Shown: piece after piece, positions 34,172-47,096 of the stretch | Layout: every line of letters begins with the position of its first letter | How positions within the stretch are numbered: the stretch's first letter is position 1 | Origin: Takakia lepidozioides | Lineage: Eukaryota; Plantae; Bryophyta | Length of the DNA stretch: 64,000 bases | Direction of reading: 5' to 3' | Assembly (NCBI GenBank): GCA_030704615.1 | Contig: CM060734.1 | Coordinates: 41,602,001-41,666,000, forward strand | Translations under genes and position numbers: made by a program | Notes under the pieces: model-generated | Database searches by the model: none | Told to the model about the DNA's origin: nothing | The model's input: the letters and a program-made list of their open reading frames with translations, nothing else

Positions 34172-34900
34172 ATGGCTGGGGGAAATGAGGACGTAATTGA
34201 AGGGCGGGTCTCTTCTCTTAGCCTATGCACACAAGGGGACAAGATTTATGATTCTCAAGGAACTCAAACTGATTTGAGTGGAGAGCAGTTGGACGAGTTG
34301 ATTGCATACTGGGAGTCAGGCATTAGCAATAGACAACAAACTGCAGTAGTTGGCGTTGAGGGCCTCAATATTGCTTTGGACAGTCAGAACTCTGTTGGAG
34401 CAAGCAGTTCTGCAACTGTAGGTGAAATACCGAAGTGGGTGGAAGCTAGGCTTGGAACACAGCCAAAGACAGCCCCGGGGACCAAGGTGTTCAGCTACAA
34501 GGCCGTGGTGTATTGGAACAGAGGAGCAGGAGCTACACAAGTTTTTGCAATCAGACATGGTTGCAGCCGGACACGCTCTACACGAGGCAACCACGAGCGG
34601 GGGTTCATTAGCAATGAAAAGTTTGTTCTGCTTGAAGGAGATGCAATCATTCGCAATGAGGACACCCGCAACCGTCTCAAAGCTTTCGAGTTGAGAGACT
34701 GTCAGACCCTACCTTTATTTTCTTTAGTGTTCAGTGAGCGGGAGATAGGGGAGTATTGCTTTGTCTCTACCTGGCAGAGAGAGGAGGAGGGTTGGTTAGA
34801 ACGAGCTACTATAGCTTGGGATAAGGTTAGTAACAGGTTTCTGGACATAGATATACCTCCTACACCTTACCATCATGCAGAGCGAGACACTTTGAGATAA
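34172..34900 (+). CDS. Orphan 242-aa ORF of unknown function, directly upstream of the second retroelement leader
   Basis: ATG-initiated, uninterrupted, normal composition; no family recognised. Confidence 0.35.
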   Translation: MAGGNEDVIEGRVSSLSLCTQGDKIYDSQGTQTDLSGEQLDELIAYWESGISNRQQTAVVGVEGLNIALDSQNSVGASSSATVGEIPKWVEARLGTQPKTAPGTKVFSYKAVVYWNRGAGATQVFAIRHGCSRTRSTRGNHERGFISNEKFVLLEGDAIIRNEDTRNRLKAFELRDCQTLPLFSLVFSEREIGEYCFVSTWQREEEGWLERATIAWDKVSNRFLDIDIPPTPYHHAERDTLR

Positions 34901-36329
34901 GTCTGGCAGTTGATAGCATAGATCAGGATTAGATCTTGCTTGGTCGGGCCTCTATTCTTCCCCTCCATCTTTTTACTATTTTCATTACTTTGTACTTGTA
35001 GTTGCCAAAGCCTCTCTTGGTGGAGGCCAGTTAGTACAGGGTTTTGGGCTGGGATGTTTTGCAGGATCAGCACTGCAGATGGATTTTGGTGTGGGGGTGT
35101 TCATGTTTTGATTTCTTGTGTTTGGATCCTCCCCAACGCCTGCATGCTTGACTGTGCGCCATGTTGGTTTTGTGTGGGCGCTTGCTTTCATAGGGATTAG
35201 GCCGGATTTGATCACCGGTCAATCCTAGAGTATGTTGTCGGTGGTGAGGCTGGAGTGATGACCAGCAAGACCACCAATGTTTCTTCTATGGTGAGACTGG
35301 GTTGATGACCAGCCAACCATAGGAGTTCTTGTGGTGGATGCAGGTGCAGGTGCCCTGAGCCACTGGGATATGACCCTTAAATTGCAACAGGTGCCCACCC
35401 GTGTCACTATTAGAATTAGTACTAGAGCCTTATAGTGTCACGTAGGGGAGGTGCACGTTGTGAGTGTCATCACGGAGTTACCCAAGGGTTTTGAGGGGAG
35501 TACGACTATAGGCAGTAGCAGTGAGAGTGGGTTCACAAGACGAGGTATTCGGTTCAGACCACCTTCACCTCCACCCTCGACTACAGTAGAGTCCGACACA
35601 GATCCGGAGGCTTCATCAACGTGGGTGCAGTTTTCTTCGCCATTATTGTGGGACGACATGGAGGAGATGTATGGAGCTACCAAGGGGCATCGTAGGTACT
35701 CTGGAGCTGTGGGCATAATCGAGCTGGATGATTTTATCCAGGAGTTCGACAGCTGGTGTGATTTGCAGCAGATGCGCAATCCACAGCTGTTCACCCCATT
35801 CATGGCGTGGAAGGGATTGTTCCAGCATTTGAAAGGCCCGCCTATGGACGATTACCACGAGTTCAGGCGAGGACATGAAGCAGAGATTGAGGAGTGGAGG
35901 ATGTATTGGTCACCTGACTACGTCTCCATTACTCGAGGCACAACGCGACCAGTAGCGGCATCAGCACCAATATCTCCCACGGCCAGCACTAGTAGTGGAA
36001 CAAGTAGAGTCGGTACTTCTGCAGAAGGTGCTACTACTTCTCCTGCCACGACTACAACACATGTGCCTAGATTCAGCCCGGTGGTGGAGTTCTTCCAAGA
36101 GTTGCTGAGGAACTACGTTTTTATGACTTCACATATGACTATTTTTTCAGTCTTATATGCGTTCATGACTACATCACTCTGTAGTGAAAAAAACCCTGTC
36201 ATAGCGACTAGTCTTTAGGACTGCGTTTTGCAAGTCATATCCGTGACTGCTTACGTGGCACCTGGAGTCCTGCTGCAGAGAGGGTTGCAGTCACAACTAT
36301 ATGACTAATATATGACTACATTGTCTGTT

Positions 36330-36660
36330 GAGCGCTGCCTACATGGAGAGGCTTCAACGGGACACGTGCGCCACTGCGCAAGCGACACGTCATGCATTCG
36401 TCAGGGGATCATATGACTATATGTCTGCAAAGTGATGCCTACATGGAGAGGCGACGGATGGACACGTGCGCCACTGCGAATTTGACATGTCACGACTTCT
36501 TGCCATGATCGTATGACTACATGTCTGCACAGTGATGCCTACATGGAGAGGCGTTAGCGGGATACGTGTGCTATGGCAGATTTCACACGTGGTGACTACA
36601 TGACTCGCTCATATGACTACAAGGATGTCTACATGGAGAGTTGTTAGCGGGACACCTGTT
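36330..36660 (+). repeat. Four ~100-bp subterminal tandem units
   Basis: ctacatggagag...gacac(g/c)tg recurs near 36339, 36439, 36539 and 36629. Confidence 0.8.
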
Positions 36661-37278
36661 GCACTTGAGATGTGATATGTGGCACACAGACAAAATATAT
36701 GACTAGCATATATGACTACGGATCTTTACACGTGGTAAAAATATGGATAAAGAATGTCGTGTCATATACTGCCACGTGTTCTGGTTTGAGCAAGAGTGAT
36801 GTCACGTGTCATCAAGATTGTTTTCCGAAATAGTTTATATTTTTAATGTTTATATTTTAGTTTTTAGTTTTCATTTAATATTTAAAAGAACAGGGAGATT
36901 GCAGCCTTGGATTTTTTTTTTAAATGGTATTATTTTTAATATTATTATTTAAAATGAAAGTGAATTAAATGATTTAAAATCTTCATTACATGGTGAAATT
37001 CCAACATGAAAACAGAATGGATCCCTCCTGCATACTATCAACCACAAGGAGAATGAAAATAGTCAACTACAAGGAAATACAAGCCCTATAAATCACATTA
37101 CAAAAATCCAAATGAGACCAATGTCCCAATGGACACCTCAAAAGCCACAAGGTCAAAAAATCCATGCCTCAAAAGGCCCAGCAAAAAACAAGCAAGCCCA
37201 CACATGGGCTGAATTGTTGTAGCTAGTATGTTCTAGTGCTATTAGAATCAAGAACTCTGTTAAACAGTGCAATACTGA

Positions 37279-40200
37279 CTATCCCTTCTGCAGCTCCATA
37301 AGTTTCAGTAACTTTAGACTCCAAAGTGTTGTCTGGCCAACCACCTGCCCCAACTCGGTCTGTTTCCTAACACCATTCACATATGGTAGAGGGGTGTTAC
37401 TGACACATGTCTCTTTGATGTACACACAGGCATAATCAAGGGGCACAGCAGGGTACCCGTAACCCACCACAGCACCTTGAAGAGCAACAATCAGCCCTAC
37501 TCCACATTTCTTGCGTTTGGAGTTCACATCCAACAGCCGAACCTCGTCACCCACCCTGAACTGTGATCCCAACTCCACACAAAAAAAAACACGATGTGAA
37601 AACCCATGACATACACACGACTAGGACACTCAACATTTGCGAATTAAAGAGAGCCCCAAGGTTGGAAAAAATAAAACAAACAAGACAAGGGCCTGGACTT
37701 ACTCCATTTGCAGTCTCCAATGGTTGTGAGACCTCTTTTGGGGGGCTACTCGCCGGGTTGACATTCTTGCCCCTGGTCTGTACCGGCTTGTCGACAATAT
37801 CACCTTTGTTTGTCACAAGTTCATGTGTCACAAACCAGAGAACAACCAGGAAAGCATTGAGCAAACATGAATAGTGAATAGAAACAAAATCCAAGTATGA
37901 ATCAAACAAAAAAAACCAACATGAAAACTTGCAAAGAAAACCTAGCATTAATCAAGCAATCGAGGAGAAGCATCCAGGAAAGCAATGCAATGAATGAACC
38001 CACAAAATTGTAGCCTCTGGAGCATTGTCAGAATGTTTGTACCTTCACAGTAGCAGTGTTGTATGGTTGTTGTCCGAAAACAGGCTGAGACTCCAAAAAC
38101 TTGGGAATACTGGCAGCTTTCGATGCCTTCCACAAGAAAGGCCACAACACCTCTGTTAGATACTCATCAGTTGGTGAATCTGGTTGCACTTTCCATGGCT
38201 CTGGAAAAATCCCACTGAAGGGAGGATTGTTTGCCGCATTTCTTGGTGTGTCGTCAACAAGAACAGTGTCCTCATAAGTCCATTCTGGCCAGTCTGCCCA
38301 CACTCTAGACAAGTTCTTGAAATATAATGGCTTTGAATCAGACCCCTTACGGCATGGGAGGACTGGATCCTTGTCACAGTGAAGGGCATCCCACTGGAAA
38401 ACCAGCTTAGTGTGGGCTGCAAAAATATAATCCACCATTGGGAAGAAGTTGCGAGCTTGACAACAAGACCACACCGCCACCTCAAAGTGTTCAAAACACT
38501 TTTGCAAAAAGTCATAACAGTGTGGTCTCAAAACTACCATCTTCTTGCCACACATCTTCCCCACAAAACCTTTGGGAAGGGATGCAGGCCCATTAGCAGA
38601 ATGAAAAGATTCACATAACAGACCATTTAAGTCCAGAATTAGTAAATGCTTCCTCGTTGGTCCAGGAAGTAAACTGTCATTTGGCTTCAACATGTGAGCA
38701 GGAGAAATTAAAGCAACCTGCTTTTTGTTATGTCCCCGTCTGCATCTTCCTCCCCATTTAAACTCCCACATACCTGCATACCAGAATCCGGTGTGCCCGG
38801 CGGCTCTGTCATCATTGCCCCTTGGACTGCTACTGCCTTTGTACGTGGCAAGGGCTGAATTTCCACGTATACCTCACAGCTGGCCTTCCCTGTATCCTGC
38901 TGCTGCTCGGTCAAATTCAAAAGATCATCAGTGACAGGAAGACATAAGGGCTTAGAGTGAGGACCAGTTACCGTCTGAAATTGGGATTCCAAACATTTTG
39001 ATACTGTCACAGTAGACGCATCCATCGTAGATGTCACTGGTCCTGCGCCTGGTAGATTAATCCCCAATCTGGTCACAATGGCTTTCTGGTTCTCAATCAT
39101 ACTCTGCATCTGTAATTTTAATTCTGCCATGTCACGTCCTTGTGATTCCACCAGTTTGTCCAAGCCATCCATCCTGCCAACTACTGTAGAATATGCGAGA
39201 CTTCCCTCCTGCCAATCCATGAAAACTTGCCCCAGTATGAATCAAACAAAAAAAACCTAGCATGAACAACCATTGGAAAGAAAACCCAGGCCAAAAGCCT
39301 GGAAAAAAACCCTAGCAACCTATGATGCAGCAACCACTCTAGCAAACGTGGAAAACACACTTACCTGCCTGTCACTCCCAGCTGACAATCGTGACACTGA
39401 ACCCTCTTGAATTTCATATAATGTAGGAGGGCACCCTGATAGTGTTTCCTACAAATTAATCCATGCCACAAACAAACCCATGCCACAAGTCGTGCTTCCA
39501 CCATTGCCTTCCCACCACGGCCAGTCTTGGTAGGATTCTGAATTGCACCATTTGCCTTCTTCATGTTGCCCGACACTTTGTGGAACACCTCTGTCTGCCA
39601 GTAACTTACAAGCTTGTTCCATACCTCGTCAGATACAGTAATGGGTTTCCCCTTACCACCCAACCACGCAGTGTGTGCTTCATAACGCTGGCTCTTCATT
39701 ATTCTGCCAATTGTTTGTTTTAGGTGGAAGTCTTTTAACTTGTGTGGCGTATATGAAAATAGCTTAGCCAGGTGATCTCTGATTTCGTATGCAACTTCAT
39801 CAGGTTGGTTGTTGATGGCAAGGGAACAATCTAGCTTGCGATAAGCCTGTCCTTTAAGGGCAGCGTGCCATACATTCCGGGTCTGACCATACGGGGCTCC
39901 TATGGAGGAGCACCATATTGACCCTGACCATACTGAGTGCCAGACTATGGGTACTGAGGCATACCATAATAAGGTGGGGGTACTGGTGGCACAGAACCCA
40001 CAACGATGGGAGAGTTAGGGCCACCTCCTGCGTTCTTGTGGGCGCCATCTCCATTGCTAGCAGCAGGGATCGTGGATCCAGTGCGCTTGTGCTTGCCCTG
40101 AAAAGAAATTCCCCCAGTATAATGTGGGTGATTACACATACATATAGGCAGCAAGCAGCAAATCCTTGAATTCAATATAACAAACTGGAAGCACATATCA

Positions 40201-41468
40201 TTTGTAAAGACAAGATTACCCAAAACTCAGTATGATCTTGGGCAGTAAATCTCCCAAATTTGATTGGCCCCAATGATGTCCTCCCAGTACATTTTTGAAC
40301 CCTCTTAGGTATGGGGTGTTCCTGAAATCCATAGCAAGAATTCAAATGGACAAACCTGATGGGTCCATGAGAAGTATCCCTCCAAGTTTTACTGATATTC
40401 TGGGTGCATAAGTAACCCAAGTATCTCTATAAGTAGCCATTGTAGCTTAGTACCAGGACGTTGGTTTCATGGGGCAAAGAATTTGAACACACCTGAAGTC
40501 AACATTGGCCTGACATCATGCCTTTGGCACTTCAACTTGTCTAGTGGAAATCATTTGTGATTGTGCCTTGGCTGACCCCTGCATTGTCCAACTTCCATGT
40601 CTTGACAGACATACCCTATCTCTTCATGATCTTACCATACCCTATATCTTCATGATCTTACCATACCCTATCTCTTCGTGATTTTACCAAAAACATACAT
40701 AATTTGAATCATGGTCATTGTGAAGAACTATAACTCACAGATGGAGAAGGTGTTCGTAGTGTAGATGATGGGCGTTTTTGTCTGCGACATGAGCATGGGC
40801 ATGTTCTCCTCGGCTTGCCGTGGCATCCGCCGACGACGCACTCGCCTCGCACTGGCGTGGGAGGAGTGGATCGTCCTCATAGTCCTCAGAAGAGCCCTCA
40901 TGCAGAATCGTAGTCTTCATCGTCTTCAGTCTGGCACTTTGCCTTGCAGGACCTTGATCCCTAGCTTTTTCCTTCGGAGCGCGTGGCTTGCGAGGGCGAT
41001 TCGCTCCCGCAAGCCTGCACAAACACCTCCATGACCTCCCTCTCAAACAATCACAAACAAATGCAAGCATACATACCCTAATACTCTTAAGCCTACGCTG
41101 AACCACAGCCGCACCCTACCAGGACGTAATGGCTGCCCACGAATGACGGCGGACATCTCCCGCCTAATGACACACCCTCCTCAAACCTAATCGTCACTCA
41201 CTGCATGTTGTTTGCCTCTCTGTTTGTACAAGTCGCAGCTACTCGCCCCCATTTGTGCTATGAAGCTTATGATCGCTGTAGGAAGGTTAGAGGATAAGGC
41301 GAATCGCAAGTTTAGTGGGTGGGTATCCAAAGTCAGGAACTAAACTCACCCATCTATCGACTGCTTGAACGTTGCTTCCACCTCCTTTATGGCAGCAATC
41401 CGGCGCTCTCGGAACTTCTCGTACTCAGTGAGAGGGACTGTCACTTCGAAGACCTTCCGCTTCACCAT
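37279..41468 (-). pseudogene. Multi-exon CACTA ORF2/TnpA-like gene containing an FCP1/NIF phosphatase domain
   Basis: ATG at 41468 (MVKRKVFEVTVPLTEYEKFRERRI); Ptta/En/Spm-like WNKLVSYW...TGRGG (39361-39699); NIF domain (38060-38655); C-terminal Tnp1-like FRVGDEVRLL...YACVYI...PLPY...LGQVVGQTTLW. At least one frameshift; exon structure not fully resolved. Confidence 0.7.
38060..38655 (-). CDS. FCP1/SCP-like (NIF, HAD-fold) phosphatase domain
   Basis: KHLLILDLNGLL, LRPHCYDFLQKCFEHFEVAVWS, YFKNLSRVW, TVLVDDTP; uninterrupted within ORF 38028-38771. Confidence 0.85.
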
Positions 41469-41592
41469 GGACACTCAAAACGATACTTATAGTATACTAT
41501 AGATATAGAAATAGCACATTGGCAGCTGGTGCAAAACTAGAGACAATGCACTGTGCGTAGCATGCAAAGAGGGAAGGGGTGACGTTCAAAGC

Positions 41593-44500
41593 ATGTACAG
41601 TGCAGGTGGCGACCGGATGCGTAGGCGTAGAATAGATGACCGTCTATGGCGAATGGAAGAAGCTTATGCCACAAGGAATGGGCATACAAAAATGCTATGC
41701 AACTGCGATGAGTGTCATGGAGGAAAAGTACTGTTGTTGGAAACAGTGAGGAATCATTACATGATACACGGGAGGGATCCTCTTCTCCAACGCTGTTCTC
41801 TTCCGGTAAGATCGCCACTTTCCCTTCAGCACTTTAGTTTGAATTTTGAATGCAACGATCCTCTTCTCCACATGTCGACATTTCGTTGGGTGATTGTAGT
41901 CAAGAAGTCATAAGATACAGACGTGACTATGACTACGCCACTTCCGTTATCACTTTAATTAATGCACATGTCGTGTTTTCATTGGTCATGTGTAGTCATG
42001 TAGTCATATATGACTAAGTAAGTGACTGCAACTATGACTTCAATGGCTACAAATGTCGTGTTTTGATTGGGTGTATATTCATAAGATACATACGTAAATA
42101 TGACTGCATCACTGCAACGTCACCGTGCCTCCTATGTCATAATATGAACAAGTGTCACATCGTTGTTGGTCCACTCACAAGATGACTATTGGGATGCAGG
42201 GATGTGAATATTCAGATGATGAAGACGAAGGCCCTGCGGCATAGCGGGAGCCCAATGTCACAGAGAACGCGATGAGAGTGGTGGATTGGAGGTAGAAATG
42301 CAACGTGCATTGCAGGAAGCGTTTCTCTTTGCAGATGCAAACAGAGAGGACCCCATTCATGGTGGAACCGATCACCATTTGTCGATCATGACGATGATCT
42401 CGACGATTCCGGAGACAATGAATTTGATGAGAATGCTCACCTGCACGTTGATCCCGAGTATGATAAACTCTTCCGACAGTCGCAATGTCCACTTTTTGAA
42501 GGGTGCTCCATCAGCCGGCTGCAAGCAACTTTGACGTTACTGAACGCATGCACTACCCACAAGTGCACCAATGCATTTGTGGATGAGCTTCTGGGATTGT
42601 TGCGTAAGAGTTTTTTGCCTAAAGAGAATTCATTGCCGAAAACTCACTATGAAGCAAAAACCATGATTGCCAAGATGGGATTGCAGTACACCATGATTCA
42701 TGCCTGTGAGCGTGGTTGTGTACTCTTCCGTGGGGAGTATGAGAATGTAGACATTTGCCCAGTGTGCCGCAGTTCCCGTTACATTCCAGGTCGTGGAAGT
42801 TCGCCCAAGAAAGTATTGCGACACTTCCCTGTCATTCCAAGGTTGAAACGTATGTACCGATGTAAATCGATCGCTAACCTCATGACATGGCACGACAGAC
42901 ATAAGAGCCAGGATGGGTTGGTTCGACATCCAGCTGATAGCAAAGCATGGAGACACATTGACACCACATTTGAGGATTTTGCTGCAGAGCCACGATCTCT
43001 GCGATTTGGATTGGCCTTAGACGGTGTAAATCCCTACGGAGCTCAATCCACAAGTTGGAGCACATGGCCCGTTCTCTTGGTCAATTACAATCTGCCTCCG
43101 TGGTTAATGACCAAAAAGTTCTTTGTCATGTTAGCGCTACTGATTCCTGATAAGGAGTCTGTTACCTCGGACAACGTAGATGTTTACCTGATGCCCCTAG
43201 TGGAAGAGCTACTGGAACTATGGAGAGGGATTGCAGCTCATGATGTTTCCCCGTCCTCGTGGTCAAAGCGAATTCACACTGAGGGCAGTGTTGATGTGGT
43301 CAATCCATGACTACCCTGCATATGGCTTGCTCTCAGGTCAAGTGACGAAAGGTTATGCTAGTTGTCCAGCTTGTGGACCCGGGGTGACTTCACAGCAGTT
43401 ACACACATGTGGAAAAATTATTTTCCTAGGCCACCGAAGATTTTTGGCCCGCAATCATCCATATAGAAGGTCAAGAATGTTCAATGGTGCTACTGAGCAT
43501 GGAACTCCTCCAAAAACGCAGACTGGAACACAAATCAAGGAGCTTGCAACAGCTCGCACTGCATGGGTGGAAAACGGAGGGACGCCAGATAGCAGGACAG
43601 ACCCAGCAAAAACTCATGGAGTTAAGCAATTGTCAATTTTATATGTCTTACCTTATTGGGAGGTAATTCCTTCATGGCCTTTAAATTGGCTGTGTACATT
43701 TTTGCGTTTTCTGTTTAAATTGTGATGAGTAAATGCTCAATAGCTTATGTGTTCATTTTGTAGGGTCTCCTCATCCGCCACACGTTTGACGCAATGCATT
43801 GCGAGAAGAACTTGGCTGAAAATATTATTAAAACTATCTTTGGTGAGAAAGACACATTGAAAGTTCGTCGTGATTTGGAGGTACTTGGGATGCGCCCGGA
43901 ATTGTGGCTACAACGTGATCTTGACAGAGCAGATACGTTAATTATGCCTCCTGCCCCTTATGTCCTCACTGAGGTTGAGTTACAAGTCTTTTTGGAGATT
44001 GTGCAGAACTTGAAAGTGCCAACAGGCTACGCATCAGCTTTCAAAAAGCATGTGGTGAAGAAGAAGTTGTCTGGCATGAAATCACATGACTATCATGTGC
44101 TCATGCAGCAAATTATACCGCTTGCTATCCGTGGGCTCATGGCAAGTGGTCCTCGAAGGGCCATTTTGCGAGTATGTCGTGTATTTAAGAAGTTGTGTGC
44201 AAAAGTGGTGAATCCTGTAGAGTATGAGGAATTGAGAACTGAAGCAGTTCTCACTCTGTGTCTTATAGAGAAGGAGTTCCCACCATCATTTTTTGATGTG
44301 ATGACACATCTGGTTGTTCACATAGTGGATGAGTTGTACTTATGCGGGCCCGTAGCATCTCGTTGGATGTACCCCATGGAGCGGGCAATGAAAGATATGA
44401 AGGGCTACATAAGAAACATGGCAAGGCCTGAGGGGAGCATGGCAGAAGGATACCAATTTGAAGAAGCATTGGGTTTTTGCACAGAATATATGGCAGGATT

Positions 44501-45743
44501 TGATGGAAGTGTACGAAGGGTGTGGGATGCAGATGAGGCAGAATCTGTGGAACGTGAAGTTGTGGAAGGAATTTCTAAAGCCCGAAAATTGAGTGACCTG
44601 TGTGATATTGTACATGAGTACATCATTCAAAACCATCCTCGTCTGTCAGTCATGTTGGGGTAAGAAATATATTTCATTGACATTCAGATTTCCAAGTTTT
44701 AGTCATTTATCATTAGTTGGCATATGGCGTCTTTTCAAATCTCCCACGCCACCTCTGTCAATCTCCTAGCTGACCCTTGGATTGTGACAGGATATATGAA
44801 GCAGAGTCCACACGGATAGAAGCCAGACGACGCTTGTTTCGTGAGGAGCAAGGGCTGGAAGGCATGAGCAATCCCACGACAATTAAGTACCCTCCTGATT
44901 TGCATCCTTGTCCTCCATTTGCTGTTTGGCTCCCTCAAGGTGTACGGGATCATCTCTCAATTCAATCAGATGGGCTTGATCCTACAACACGTGAGGAATT
45001 ACTGGATCTTTCAAGGCCTCCATCATTTACTGCCCTGTCATTCAAGAGTATGACAGCGTATGGTAACCATTACAGGGTTACATCCCCGGCATGAACACAA
45101 CAAGTATGGTGTCTTTTGATTGTGGAGTCTCATCTGTTTTCCAGCACCAGCCCATTACCAACAATTCAGGCAATGACATGGAGGAACCTACAAGATATGT
45201 GGGTCTTATAAGGGAGATTTTGCAAATTGACTATGGCCAAACATAGCCTATAGTGTTTTTGTGTTCGTGGGTACGGGCGAGTCGCGTGGGTCGTCAACCT
45301 ATGTCAATGAAGCAGGATGATGCTGGCTTCACACTTGTCAATTTTAACCGTATGCTTCCACCTTCTGAGCAACCTTTTGTGTTTCCTGGCCAGGTTGATC
45401 AAGTGTTTTTTTCTGATTGTGTGAAGGAGCCGGGGTGGAAAGTCGTCCTGGAGAAGAGCCCCGAGCACGTAGAGTGGTCTGCGACATATCAATTGATAAT
45501 GATGATGTGGCGGAAGTGGAAGGATTGTTAGCCCCACAAAGACTAGAGGAGACTCTGGTTACTGATGGCCCAACATGCAGCCGAGCGGTACCGGTTACTC
45601 CAGAGCAGGTGGCCTCCTTGTACCTCCGAGCACCCCGTATACGTGGTGATGATGTTCAGCCAACCCTTGGACAAGATCAAGTCTGTGATGAAGACAGTGA
45701 TACATGTAGTGACCCAGACATAGATGAGGATGATGAAGATTAG
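41593..45743 (+). pseudogene. CACTA transposase (TnpD/Tnp2)
   Basis: N-terminal C-x-C-x2-C...H zinc motif exon (41593-41805); IHACERGC, HPADSKAW, LALDGVNPY, NYNLPPW, DYPAYG, HTFDAMHCEKN, MKSHDYH, FFDVMTHL, WMYPMER, EQPFVFP. Introns at 41806-42199 and 43663-43763; several stops and frameshifts. Confidence 0.93.
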
Positions 45744-47096
45744 ATATGCGCGATTTGTGCACTCCAGTTATAGACCATGCATGATAGTTTAAGGTGGTAA
45801 CACTCCCTTCGCATTCCCATTAAGATATCATGCTTGGACACTGGATTTTATGATCAATTATGGAGTGCTTTCCTTTCAGCACCCTTTATTCATTTGTTGT
45901 TGCAATTGGCTTTGGACCAACCCGTGCTGGTACCATTGCCATGGGTTCTGCCTGCAATGTTTTCTTGCCATGGATTCGGCACACGTCACGAAAGGCCATC
46001 CAGACCATCCTCTGGAAATGCTCCAATGTTTTTTCAAACATCTCCACATTGCAATGGATACAACACTGACATTAGATGAGTGAAAGTGAGACTAGACCTC
46101 CAGCCAGCCGGCTTTCCCACATCAAATTGAAGGGGATCTGTAGATTATAGATAACGGCTGTTGCCTTCTCAATGTCTTTTCCAATCACCTCTGCAATGAA
46201 CTGGGGTATAAGATCCTTCAAATCACAAGTTTGAGCATCACGCACAAGCCACTTACGGGGATAGAGTTTCCAATGCGAACCATTGGTCTTTTATTGATAG
46301 CATTGTTGTAAAATACATGGACCAACATGGTCAATTTCGGGAATGACATATAGTACGCTTTCATGTACTATGTAAGCATGCAACTATGTACCAGGGACGT
46401 GGCTTGTTCGCCACTTAACCTGTTTGCCCATTCAGCCATCTCCACATTGTCATGGATTTTGCATGCTGGATTGTGAGGCCATCCACACCGTCCTCTGGAA
46501 AATGCTATCATGGGGTTTCAGCTATGTCCACATTTCCCTGGATTATGCCTGCACGAAGCAAGGCCAACTGCATTCAGCACCCTCCACTTTATTATAGTAT
46601 TGCAGCAACATTCAAAGCACTTCAATTTGTATCCATCGAAAACATCTAGGCTGGAAAAAGACATTGTTGCAGCAGAACTTAGGAAAGTACTTCTCCCCTT
46701 CCACTACACACGTGAAATGAAAGAAGCCAACCAACAGCATACCAGCCAAGAAAATATGAAACCAGCCAAGAAAAGAGCCAATATATGCAGTGAAGGTCGA
46801 CACTAAATGAAACTTATCCAACACTTACATTAGAGGAGGGAAGCTAAGTCTTACCTCCATAAGCTTGCCCACATCAAATTTGGGAGCTTTCAGAATTTTT
46901 CCTTTCCGGTTGAATGAACTTGGTTACAAGATCCTTCAAATCACAAGTTTGAGCTACACACACAATGAACTTACAGGGATTGAGCTTCCAATGCGAACCA
47001 GAAGTCTTATATTGATAGCATTGTTGTAAAACACATGGACCAACAATGACAATCTCTGGAATGACATATAGTACAATAATGACATATAGTACAGCA

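Noticed and set aside
40608-40690. Three 28-bp tandem repeats (also a ~20-bp duplication near 48680-48725)
   Set aside because: Ordinary slippage repeats with no sign of function.
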